DNA of 64,000 nucleotides from assembly GCA_964537715.1 (NCBI GenBank), contig CAZIAH010000004.1, positions 7,587 to 71,586 of the forward strand, in the 5' to 3' direction. The translations under genes and the position numbers were made by a program. Shown piece by piece: positions 8,411 through 17,058 of the stretch (the first letter of the stretch is position 1; the number at the start of each line of letters is the position of its first letter). Under the pieces are notes generated by a model, which worked only from the letters and a program-made list of their open reading frames with translations, was not told the DNA's origin and made no database searches. The stretch is from an uncultured bacterium. GTDB lineage: Bacteria; Zhuqueibacterota; QNDG01; DSAB01.

Positions 8411-9250
8411 TCAATCGATAGAATTTGATATTCCGGCAATCACTTCTTTCATCCAGATTGAGAACTGTTGCTCTCCTTTTGTGGCAACTTCCTTGACCTC
8501 GTGATGGCTCAGCCGTTTTGAAGAAAGCCCCGTTGCCATATTGGTGATCAAAGAAACACCAAGAATCCGCATACCCATTTGAACGCCTGCGATCACTTCG
8601 GGAACCGTGGACATACAGACGGCATCGCCCCCCATCCGGCGGATCATCCGGATCTCGGCGGCCGTCTCGTAACTCGGTCCGGAAGTCACAGCAAGAATTC
8701 CTTTTTTTAAGCGAATGCCTGACTTTTTGGCTGCGCTTTCGCCGATTCGAATCAGGAACGGATCGTACGGCGCGCTCATGTCCGGAAAGCGCTCGCCGTA
8801 TGAGGGATCGTGCGTTCCTATCAGCGGATTGGTTCCCATCAGATTGATGTGATCGGTGATCAGCATGAGGTCTCCGGGAGAAAATTTCGTATTCAATGCG
8901 CCGGCCGCATTGGTGAGAACAAGCACCCGGATGCCCAGTCTGGAGAGAACGCGGATCGAAAAAATCACCTGATGAATGGGATACCCTTCGTAATAGTGGA
9001 CCCTGCCCTGAAGAATCAGGAACGGGACGTTGCCGATGCGGCCGCACACCAGACGGCCCCGATGCCCTTCGACCGTCGATGCAGGCCAGAAAGGAATCGA
9101 TGCGGTTTCAATTGAAAATGAGATTTCCATTTGATCCGCAAACGCTCCCAATCCCGATCCCAGTGTGAGACCAATTTCGGGAAGAGGTTTGGGAATGTGG
9201 GCTGAAATAAAATCGACGGCTTGCTGAATTTGATCGATTTCTTTGATCAT
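8411..9250 (-). CDS. purine nucleoside phosphorylase / MTA phosphorylase family (PNP_UDP_1, trimeric PNP-I type)
   Basis: 'EIGLTLGSGLG...', 'VEGHRGRLVCGRIGNVPFLILQGRVHYYEGY', 'VLVLTNAAGALN', 'AVTSGPSYETAAEIRMIRRMGGDAVCMSTVPEV'. Start taken at the internal ATG at 9250 (MIKEIDQ). The listed ORF extends to 9325. Confidence 0.85.
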   Translation of the reverse strand: MIKEIDQIQQAVDFISAHIPKPLPEIGLTLGSGLGAFADQMEISFSIETASIPFWPASTVEGHRGRLVCGRIGNVPFLILQGRVHYYEGYPIHQVIFSIRVLSRLGIRVLVLTNAAGALNTKFSPGDLMLITDHINLMGTNPLIGTHDPSYGERFPDMSAPYDPFLIRIGESAAKKSGIRLKKGILAVTSGPSYETAAEIRMIRRMGGDAVCMSTVPEVIAGVQMGMRILGVSLITNMATGLSSKRLSHHEVKEVATKGEQQFSIWMKEVIAGISNSID

Positions 9251-9377
9251 AAAGTGATTCAATGTAAATATTTCAAAAAGGAAATACAAGAAGTTTCTGA
9301 ATAAAGACTTAACCGGTTTTTCCATTTGACATTTTGTGACTATTCATGTACCTTAAAAAACCAAAAGGAAAATAAGA

Positions 9378-10226
9378 ATGGAAATCTTTTATTCTCCAAA
9401 GTGTCTTGAATACGAACATCCGAACCATCCCGAATCTCCAGACAGAATTGGAAGAACGGCCGATTATCTGACAAAAAAAGGATTCACGTTCATCGAACCC
9501 CGAACTGCCCTGAAAGAAGACATTCTGAGAGTGCATTCAAAAACAATGTTTGACGGCGTAAAAGCAGGCACCCAATCCGATTACGATACACCGGCAATTC
9601 CCGGGATATTTGATGATGCGATGTTGTCGGCCGGTTCGGCGATTCAGGCGGCTGAAGCGGCTGTCAAAAACGAACCGGCATTCTCCCTGATGCGGCCACC
9701 CGGACACCACGCCACAAGAAACAGAGTCATGGGATTCTGCTATTTTAACAACATCGCAATCGCTTCGGCAAAAGTTCTGGATCGATTCCCGAAGAACAAA
9801 ATCGCAATTCTGGATATCGATTGTCATCACGGAAACGGAACCGAGGATATTTTTTTGAATCATTCGTCGATCATCTACGCTTCTCTGCATCAGAGTCCAC
9901 TTTATCCCGGAACCGGGCTTCAATCCCGCGGCAACTGCTACAACTTTCCTCTTTTCCCCGGGACCGAAGAAACCGGGTATCTGGAGACACTTCAAAACGC
10001 ATGTGAAATTATCCGGCAATTTTCACCGGCGCTGATCGGGGTCTCCGCCGGTTTCGATACCTGCCGGAACGATCCGCTCACGCAATTGAATCTGGATATA
10101 GAGAGCTATCAAAAAATCGGCGAGATGATTTCCGGACTAAAAATTCCTACATTTATCGTCATCGAAGGCGGATACAGTTCGGATCTGCCCGAATGTATTT
10201 TTTCATTTTTAGTGGGATTCGAATAA
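9378..10226 (+). CDS. histone deacetylase-family protein (AcuC/AphA-like deacetylase)
   Basis: 'RPPGHHA', 'GFCYFNN', 'ILDIDCHHGNGTEDIF', 'YSVD.. GGY' motifs of the arginase/deacetylase fold. Confidence 0.8.
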   Translation: MEIFYSPKCLEYEHPNHPESPDRIGRTADYLTKKGFTFIEPRTALKEDILRVHSKTMFDGVKAGTQSDYDTPAIPGIFDDAMLSAGSAIQAAEAAVKNEPAFSLMRPPGHHATRNRVMGFCYFNNIAIASAKVLDRFPKNKIAILDIDCHHGNGTEDIFLNHSSIIYASLHQSPLYPGTGLQSRGNCYNFPLFPGTEETGYLETLQNACEIIRQFSPALIGVSAGFDTCRNDPLTQLNLDIESYQKIGEMISGLKIPTFIVIEGGYSSDLPECIFSFLVGFE

Positions 10227-10307
10227 AAAGTGCCGTTAAATTAGCAAATAATTTATTATATTATTAAAGAAACAAAATGAACCCGAATCCGATAAAACAA
10301 CGTAAAT

Positions 10308-10958
10308 ATGTTTAAACTGCTCAAGGAAGATATTCAAACCGTATTCATCAAAGACCCGGCTGCACGCTCGACACTCGAAGTGCTGCTTTGTTATCCGGGA
10401 CTCCACGCCCTCTGGGTACACCGCATTGCACATGGATTATGGAGACGGAAATTCTATCTGCTTGCCAGAATCCTCTCACAGATCAGCCGATGGATGACGG
10501 CAATTGAAATCCATCCGGGAGCCAAAATCGGCAGGAAATTTTTTATGGACCACGGCGCGGGTATCGTGATCGGCGAGACAGCGGAAATTTATGACAACGT
10601 GTTGATGTATCAGGGAGTCGTGCTCGGTGGAACCTCTCTCGAAAAGAAAAAACGCCACCCGACCATCGGGAACGATGTGATCATTGGTGCCGGAGCCATT
10701 CTGCTTGGCCCGATCATCATCGGGGACGGAGGAAAGATCGGAGCGGGATCGGTTGTGGTTAAAGATGTACCGCCCGAAAAGACCGTGGTCGGCGTCCCCG
10801 CGCGAATCGCCGGAGAGCATGCCCATCTGTTAGTCGATCTGGAACACGGCCAGCTGCCCGATCCGATATTGAACACGTTGCAGCATCTTCTCGACGAACA
10901 GAAAAAACTGAAAGATAAAATCACGCATCTCGAAAAACAGTTCGATCAAAAAAAATAA
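10308..10958 (+). CDS. cysE: serine O-acetyltransferase
   Basis: N-terminal SATase helical domain (DPAARS...[17 protein letters not shown]) and hexapeptide-repeat left-handed beta-helix ([38 protein letters not shown]). Confidence 0.85.
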   Translation: MFKLLKEDIQTVFIKDPAARSTLEVLLCYPGLHALWVHRIAHGLWRRKFYLLARILSQISRWMTAIEIHPGAKIGRKFFMDHGAGIVIGETAEIYDNVLMYQGVVLGGTSLEKKKRHPTIGNDVIIGAGAILLGPIIIGDGGKIGAGSVVVKDVPPEKTVVGVPARIAGEHAHLLVDLEHGQLPDPILNTLQHLLDEQKKLKDKITHLEKQFDQKK

Positions 10959-10991
10959 ACGGATTTTTGTCTCTTCGAAAAAGGGTGCAAA

Positions 10992-11798
10992 ATGGGATCC
11001 AAAGAAAAAATGACCATTCCGAAACTTCAATCGATGAAGAAGGAAGGATCAAAAATCACCTGCCTCACCGCTTACGACTATTTGACCGCATCCATTCTGG
11101 ACAGCGCCGGTATTGATCTCATTCTGGTCGGCGATTCCTGTTCCATGGTTTTCACCGGCCATCCAACCACATTGCCCATTACATTGGAACAGATGATCTA
11201 CCACACACAGGCGGTCAGCCGCGGGGTAGACAGGGCCGTCTTGATTTCGGACATGCCCTTTCTCTCTTTTCAGACCGGTCCAGAAGAGGCCGTTAAAAAC
11301 GCCGGCCGGTTTTTGAAAGAAGGAGAGGCACACGGCGTTAAAGTGGAAGGCGGTGAGGCCATTGCAGAAACGATCCACCGACTGGTGCAGATGGGAATTC
11401 CGGTCATGGGTCATCTCGGTCTCACACCACAATCGGTCCGGCTTTTCGGGGGATACAGTGTTCGCGGCATGGAAAAAACGGAAGCGGACACGCTTCGAAA
11501 AGATGCGAAAATCTTAGAAGAAGCGGGTGTGTTTTCAATCGTTCTGGAAAAAATCCCCGCCAGACTGGCCAGACAAATCACAGAAAGCGTTTCTGTGCCT
11601 ACCATCGGTATCGGTGCGGGAGTGCACTGTGACGGCCAGATTCTGGTGACGCCTGACATGTTGGGCTTGTTCGAAGCCTTTAAACCGAAATTTGTCAGGC
11701 AGTACGAACGAATCGCGAAAAGAATTCGAAAAGCCGTCGGAAAATATATCGAAGATGTGAAAAATGGTGGATATCCTGCCGAGGAGGAAAGCTACTGA
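10992..11798 (+). CDS. panB: 3-methyl-2-oxobutanoate hydroxymethyltransferase
   Basis: 'ITCLTAYDYLTASILDSAGIDLILVGDS' and 'VKVEGG' motifs are typical of PanB. The length is right for this family. Confidence 0.9.
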   Translation: MGSKEKMTIPKLQSMKKEGSKITCLTAYDYLTASILDSAGIDLILVGDSCSMVFTGHPTTLPITLEQMIYHTQAVSRGVDRAVLISDMPFLSFQTGPEEAVKNAGRFLKEGEAHGVKVEGGEAIAETIHRLVQMGIPVMGHLGLTPQSVRLFGGYSVRGMEKTEADTLRKDAKILEEAGVFSIVLEKIPARLARQITESVSVPTIGIGAGVHCDGQILVTPDMLGLFEAFKPKFVRQYERIAKRIRKAVGKYIEDVKNGGYPAEEESY

Positions 11799-12271
11799 TG
11801 GAATCTTCTTTTCTTTTTCTGTTTGTCGGAGTTTTTATTTTCATCGCAAAATCACTGGTTGGCAACCGAAGCGGAATGGTTCAATTTCTTTCATTTCTGA
11901 CCATCGGTTTCATTACGGGAACCATCATCGGAATCATGGAAAGCCAGGCCCTGATTCCAGGCCTGTCCCTGCCCTGGCTGAGCGGCTCCATTATCGGAAT
12001 CCTGTCCGCAATTCTGATCTACTATGCGGAAAAACTTGATCTTTTTCATCGCCCCGGCATACAGTATATCTCGACGACCCTTCTGTCATTGATACTTGCC
12101 TCGGCCTGTTACGGCCTGCTTGCCCTCTATCTTTTCCGGCTCCAGCCCGAAAAGAGTTTCCCGTTTGCCAGGGGAATCGTTTTTCTCATTTTCTTGCTAT
12201 ATGCATTCATCATTGTGTTTGGATATACTTTCCCAAAACGCTGGTTTATCAAACGCGAAGACAAAATCTGA
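11798..12271 (+). CDS. hypothetical integral membrane protein (4-5 TM)
   Basis: Hydrophobic throughout. The start overlaps the panB stop (TGATG). Confidence 0.45.
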   Translation: MESSFLFLFVGVFIFIAKSLVGNRSGMVQFLSFLTIGFITGTIIGIMESQALIPGLSLPWLSGSIIGILSAILIYYAEKLDLFHRPGIQYISTTLLSLILASACYGLLALYLFRLQPEKSFPFARGIVFLIFLLYAFIIVFGYTFPKRWFIKREDKI

Positions 12272-12319
12272 CATTTATAAAAAGGAGTTTATTCTTTCAC
12301 ATTTTTTGCGTAATGCTTC

Positions 12320-14275
12320 TTAATCTAACACTTCCCGAAGTGTTCTTAATAATCCCCCCAAATCATAGGGCTTTTGCAGAAATTCAAACCCCCGTTTTTT
12401 AATCAGCGGCCACTGAGATTTTTTATCCGTATACCCGCTGGCCAAAAGAATCTTAATCTGTGGTTTTTCCGAAAGTATTTGATCCACCAGTTCGATTCCG
12501 TTCCCATCGGGCAAAACAACATCGCTGAACAGCAATTCAAAATCGCCCTTTTTCGACGAAAAAATCTGCTTTGCCTCTTCAACGTTCGCAGCGGTTAATA
12601 TTTTATATCCATTCTTGGCCAAAGCTTTTCGGGTAAACGATCGTACCATTTCTTCATCTTCCACAACTAAAATTCGCTCCCCTTTTCCCTTCGGAAATCT
12701 TTTCCCGGCCGTTTCGAGATCGGACTGTTTTTCTTTGTCAAAAACAGCCGGTAGATAAATTTTAAAAATCGAACCCTCTCCCGGTTCGCTGTACACATGA
12801 ATCCATCCATTGTGCTGTTTGATAATCCCGTATATGACAGACAATCCCAGTCCCGTTCCTTTGCCGACACCTTTTGTTGTAAAAAAGGGTTCAAAAATAT
12901 GTCGGATAGTCTCCGCATTCATGCCGATACCGGTATCGGAAATGGAAAAGCAGACAAATTCACCCGCTTTGGCTTCAGGAATCATCTGGGCCGACAGTTT
13001 ATCCAAAACGATATTCTCTGTCTTCAGTGTTAATTTACCACCTTCCGACATCGCGTCTCTTGCATTCACAACCAGATTCATAATTACCTGTTCCATGGAT
13101 CCCCGGTCGGCATTGACATTCCACAAATCCGGTTCAAAATCGATGCTGATACCTATATCCTCTCCGATCAATCTGTGAAAGATTTTCAACAGATTTTCGA
13201 TGTGAAGATTGAGATCGATCAAATCATATTTCAGGGGCTGTTTGCGGCCGAACAGAAGCAGCTGTCGGGTCAGATCCGCGGCTCTCCCTGAAGCGCTCTG
13301 GATTTCCTGAAGATCACGATATACCACATGGGATTTGTCGATCTCAAGCATGGCCACATCGGCACATCCCTGTATGGCCGTCAGCAGATTATTGAAATCG
13401 TGGGCAATTCCTCCGGCAAGAATGCCGATAGCCTCCATTTTTTGCGCCTGAAGAAGTTCAGACTGGGCTTTTTCTTTCTCTCTTTCTGCCCGCTTTCTCT
13501 CGGCGATCTGCTTTTGCAATTTTTGAGTGCGTTCCCGCACCCTCTTCTCAAGTTCCTCCTGATCTTTGATCAAAGCTTGATCTCTTGCCTGTATTTCAGA
13601 AAGCATTTCATTGAATCCATCAATCAGCAAACCCAGTTCATCATTGCTTTCTTTCCTGGCTCGCAGAGAATAATCCTTTTCTGTGGATACCTTTTTTGCT
13701 ATCCCGACCAGATTCAAGATCGGTTCCGAAATAATATGCTGGAGAGCCGACGTGGCCAGATAGATAAAAAGAAGTGAGAGCAGTAATACGACAAAAACAA
13801 TGCCGGCATACTGTTTCAAGCGTGCGTTCATTTCCAAAAGATCGTACTGAAGAATGACCTTACCGATATTCTCGTCTTCCAACATAATCGGATGGAGGAC
13901 ATATAAAAACTCATTTTGGAAATAAGCTTGATACGTATTCATTTGTTCGGGCAACTTGTACTCACTTTTTTGACGAATGTAGCTGGCAAACAGGATATTG
14001 TTTGGTTTAAAAATGAATGCGGCCACGATATGTTCTTTATATTTCAAAGCAGAGAGGATTTCTTCGGCAGCCAGCGGATCATCAAAAGCCAGAGCAGCTG
14101 TACTGTTGTTTCCAATAATTTCCGCCAGAATGGTCAGTTCGTTGATCATCGTATGACGGGACATTTTCACTTCATACCAGATAAACGAGGCCGAGGCCAG
14201 GAGCAGGGCAATGATACTGATCAACATGATGATCAACGTCAATTTATATTTGATCGATCTATCCCTGAATCTCAT
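12320..14275 (-). CDS. hybrid sensor histidine kinase (2TM periplasmic sensor-HAMP-coiled coil-HisKA-HATPase-REC)
   Basis: H-box 'IAHDFNNLLTAIQG', G-boxes 'DTGIGM' and 'GTGLGLSV', C-terminal receiver 'ILVVEDEEMVR...LFSDVVLPDGNGIEL...KPYDL'. The start overlaps the stop of the upstream YfiR-like gene. Confidence 0.85.
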   Translation of the reverse strand: MRFRDRSIKYKLTLIIMLISIIALLLASASFIWYEVKMSRHTMINELTILAEIIGNNSTAALAFDDPLAAEEILSALKYKEHIVAAFIFKPNNILFASYIRQKSEYKLPEQMNTYQAYFQNEFLYVLHPIMLEDENIGKVILQYDLLEMNARLKQYAGIVFVVLLLSLLFIYLATSALQHIISEPILNLVGIAKKVSTEKDYSLRARKESNDELGLLIDGFNEMLSEIQARDQALIKDQEELEKRVRERTQKLQKQIAERKRAEREKEKAQSELLQAQKMEAIGILAGGIAHDFNNLLTAIQGCADVAMLEIDKSHVVYRDLQEIQSASGRAADLTRQLLLFGRKQPLKYDLIDLNLHIENLLKIFHRLIGEDIGISIDFEPDLWNVNADRGSMEQVIMNLVVNARDAMSEGGKLTLKTENIVLDKLSAQMIPEAKAGEFVCFSISDTGIGMNAETIRHIFEPFFTTKGVGKGTGLGLSVIYGIIKQHNGWIHVYSEPGEGSIFKIYLPAVFDKEKQSDLETAGKRFPKGKGERILVVEDEEMVRSFTRKALAKNGYKILTAANVEEAKQIFSSKKGDFELLFSDVVLPDGNGIELVDQILSEKPQIKILLASGYTDKKSQWPLIKKRGFEFLQKPYDLGGLLRTLREVLD

Positions 14276-14874
14276 CGCGAACCGCCTCCCACAATCTTTG
14301 CCAGATTTAACAGTTTTGAACTCAATTTCAGCCCGGCGGCCTGTGCTGCATCGACATTGATTTCAAAATGAATCTTATTCGCTTTTCTGATAAAATTGAT
14401 GATTCCACCTTCCCGACTAAAATTTTCCGTATCTCCGACGGTCAGTATACTCGCATGCCGCAGTTTACTGAAAATCATAGCGAGATTTTTTGTTTCAGAA
14501 TCACTGATAAAAAGAATTTGACAGTTATTTATATTATCGAGCCGATCATACCGTTCAATTTCGATTTGCCTGCCGTGTATGTACTTGCCCCGGACTGTAT
14601 TGTCCAAATCGTCTCTGAAAGGATCCTGGCCCAAAATGCCGATGACGATCTGTTTTGAACTGTCCGCAAACACTTTATCAGGCCACTGAACGAATTTGGC
14701 AAATTGATATAGAAATGCGGCCTTGATCTGATATTCGGTGGGCTTGAAAACAGGCATCTCCTGGGCCGAAACCGAATGCACAAACAGGACAGCGATAAAA
14801 AGTAATAAGTGACCTTTTTTTGTCATTGAACCTTTTTTGATTAGCGACTGGATACTCAAAATTTCGTCAACCAA
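14272..14874 (-). CDS. YfiR-like periplasmic protein (DUF4154)
   Basis: Signal peptide plus 'YQIKAAFLYQFAKFVQWP' and 'IVIGILG', the characteristic N-terminal pattern of YfiR/DUF4154. Translationally coupled to the downstream HK. Confidence 0.7.
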   Translation of the reverse strand: MVDEILSIQSLIKKGSMTKKGHLLLFIAVLFVHSVSAQEMPVFKPTEYQIKAAFLYQFAKFVQWPDKVFADSSKQIVIGILGQDPFRDDLDNTVRGKYIHGRQIEIERYDRLDNINNCQILFISDSETKNLAMIFSKLRHASILTVGDTENFSREGGIINFIRKANKIHFEINVDAAQAAGLKLSSKLLNLAKIVGGGSR

Positions 14875-14886
14875 ACCGATTTTAGA

Positions 14887-16827
14887 CTAGAATTCCCATT
14901 TTACCGAACCGTAAATTCCTCTTTGAACTTCAGTCGTAACGAAAGGAATGGAAAGTGTCGAAAACTCTGGATGATGATCATCCGGTAAATTCTGTCCGAC
15001 AATTGAAACCTCCACTCCGGGGAAAAGGCGACACGTCAAACAAATATCTATATTGAAATAATCATCTATGTACATTCTGCTCGTCGATAACTGATCCACA
15101 TACTTTGCCCATACATTCAAATCGAATTGATAGGGCAAATTGATAAAAGCCATAAAGGAAACTTGATGCTCGGGACTTTCTCCTTCAATATCATCATAAT
15201 ACTGGTATTGACTGCCTTCTTTCAGACTGGCATTGATTTTCAGATAAGTATAGGCCGCTCGTAATCGCAGTTTTCTATACGGACTCCAATCAAAAGAACA
15301 TTCGGCCCCATAGGTCTTTGCCCCCCGGTTGTTGGCCGCTTTAAAGGGTTCGAACGATTGCAGTTTATCATACAAATTATAGAAAATAGCAATATCAAAA
15401 TAAAAATTGGCCAGCGGATAATGATGAGATCCCAATTCGAATGCCGTGAGTTCTTCGGAATCAAACGCCCTGTCCCCTTCGATAAAGATCGTCCACATAT
15501 CATGATCGGCGCGGGAAGGTGAGCGAATCGCACGGGAAACGGCTCCCCACAATGCATTCCGATCGTTCGGCTTCCAGATCATCCGCATGTTTGGCTGAAC
15601 TTCAAAACCTGTAAAATCATTATGCTCAAATTTTGATCCGATGATCAACTTTAAAAATTCATCGCGGATTTTCCATTCTTCCTGTACAAACGCACTGTAC
15701 AGATCGTATTGGCGATTCGGAGGATCAAACATGACAATTGCAGAGTTCTCCATTTTATCCTTTGTCAGCCGATATTCAAGACCCCATACAACGCTGTGTC
15801 TTGGATGAATCTGAAACCGGTGTTGAAAATCGACATCAAACGTATGGTATCCGCCGCCGATAAAATTTTTCTCGATTCGTTCCACCCGATCATAATAAAA
15901 CTGTAGTGCAAAATCGGACTGCTCGGAATAAATATGTTTCCAGCTTCCCAGTATATTGCCGCCGTAAAATTTAGTATAGTAGGGATCAAACGTGGTCACG
16001 ACAATCTTTGTACCTGCTTTCCCATTATAAATATCTCCCTGCAGCTTGAAGAAATTGGACTCCGATTGATCCCAATCCATTCGAAAACCGCCTCTCAATG
16101 CATCCCAGTCATCAAAAGCTTCTTTCCCCGATGCATCGACATAGCTGTCCCGTTTGAAATATTTACCATACATGCGATAATACACATGTTTCCCGATTTG
16201 TCCGCCATAACGGAAATGGGCAAACTGCTTTTCATCGGTTCCGATACCTGTGACCAACAGTCCGCCCTGGGTCTCACGGACATTTTTTGAAATTACATTA
16301 ATAATACCGTTTACGGCATTCGCTCCCCACAAAGTGGCTCCGGGACCGCGAATAACTTCGATATGATCCAAATCCTCCAAAAACATGTCCTGTGCTTCCC
16401 AAAACACACCCGAAAACAGGGGAGAGTATACACTCCTGCCGTCTATCAAAACCAGCAGTTTGTTGGCAAAAAGACTGTTAAATCCCCGGGAACTGATTGC
16501 CCATTTGTTCGCATCCAGTTTGCCGACCTGAAATCCAGGAACCATGCGCAGCGCTTCTGCAATCGTGGTCACACCTGAATGTTCAATCTCATCACAAGTG
16601 ATTACGGAAATGGCCGCGGCCACATCGGAAACTTTTTCGGTCTTTCTGGAAGCCAGACTGACTTCGATATTCATCAATTCCTCGAGACTCAACTCCGTCA
16701 AATCGACAGATTCAACCTGAGCGATCCCGGTTGTAACAACCATAAACAACAAGAAAAAAAAGCATTTTTGCTTGATTATCTCCATCTGCTTTCTCCATTT
16801 AAAATTCCGCCTCTCCGCCTGAATCAT
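14887..16827 (-). CDS. TonB-dependent receptor (plug + 22-strand barrel)
   Basis: Signal peptide, plug-like region with 'DEIEHSGVTTIAEALRMVPGF' and 'LIDGRSVYSP', C-terminal aromatic terminus 'GSVKWEF'. Confidence 0.8.
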   Translation of the reverse strand: MIQAERRNFKWRKQMEIIKQKCFFFLLFMVVTTGIAQVESVDLTELSLEELMNIEVSLASRKTEKVSDVAAAISVITCDEIEHSGVTTIAEALRMVPGFQVGKLDANKWAISSRGFNSLFANKLLVLIDGRSVYSPLFSGVFWEAQDMFLEDLDHIEVIRGPGATLWGANAVNGIINVISKNVRETQGGLLVTGIGTDEKQFAHFRYGGQIGKHVYYRMYGKYFKRDSYVDASGKEAFDDWDALRGGFRMDWDQSESNFFKLQGDIYNGKAGTKIVVTTFDPYYTKFYGGNILGSWKHIYSEQSDFALQFYYDRVERIEKNFIGGGYHTFDVDFQHRFQIHPRHSVVWGLEYRLTKDKMENSAIVMFDPPNRQYDLYSAFVQEEWKIRDEFLKLIIGSKFEHNDFTGFEVQPNMRMIWKPNDRNALWGAVSRAIRSPSRADHDMWTIFIEGDRAFDSEELTAFELGSHHYPLANFYFDIAIFYNLYDKLQSFEPFKAANNRGAKTYGAECSFDWSPYRKLRLRAAYTYLKINASLKEGSQYQYYDDIEGESPEHQVSFMAFINLPYQFDLNVWAKYVDQLSTSRMYIDDYFNIDICLTCRLFPGVEVSIVGQNLPDDHHPEFSTLSIPFVTTEVQRGIYGSVKWEF

Positions 16828-17000
16828 GCACTAAAAACATCTTAAAACATGTTCTCAAGCAGCGCAAATAACATGCCAATGGTCTAATTGTTTATGATAT
16901 ATTAAATTCTTGTTAAACCAAACGCTTAGAAAAGAAGTTTTTATAAAAGGACAACTATTATCTGGAACATTTTTTCAAAATGAAATGCGATAGAAGGATA

Positions 17001-17040
17001 ATATTTTAGACAATTAATCCCGATCCATCGGGACAAACCC
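17001..17040 (-). terminator. candidate intrinsic terminator downstream of the second hybrid HK (hairpins CCCGGAAAGCCGGG and CCCGATGGATCGGG on the minus strand)
   Basis: Read directly. The first hairpin is followed by TTTGT. Confidence 0.35.
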
Positions 17041-17058
17041 GGCTTTCCGGGAGGAAGG

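Noticed and set aside
8370-9047. 225-aa minus-strand ORF
   Set aside because: Alternative frame within the purine nucleoside phosphorylase gene. Arg/Ser/Asp-rich nonsense composition; the PNP frame carries all family motifs.
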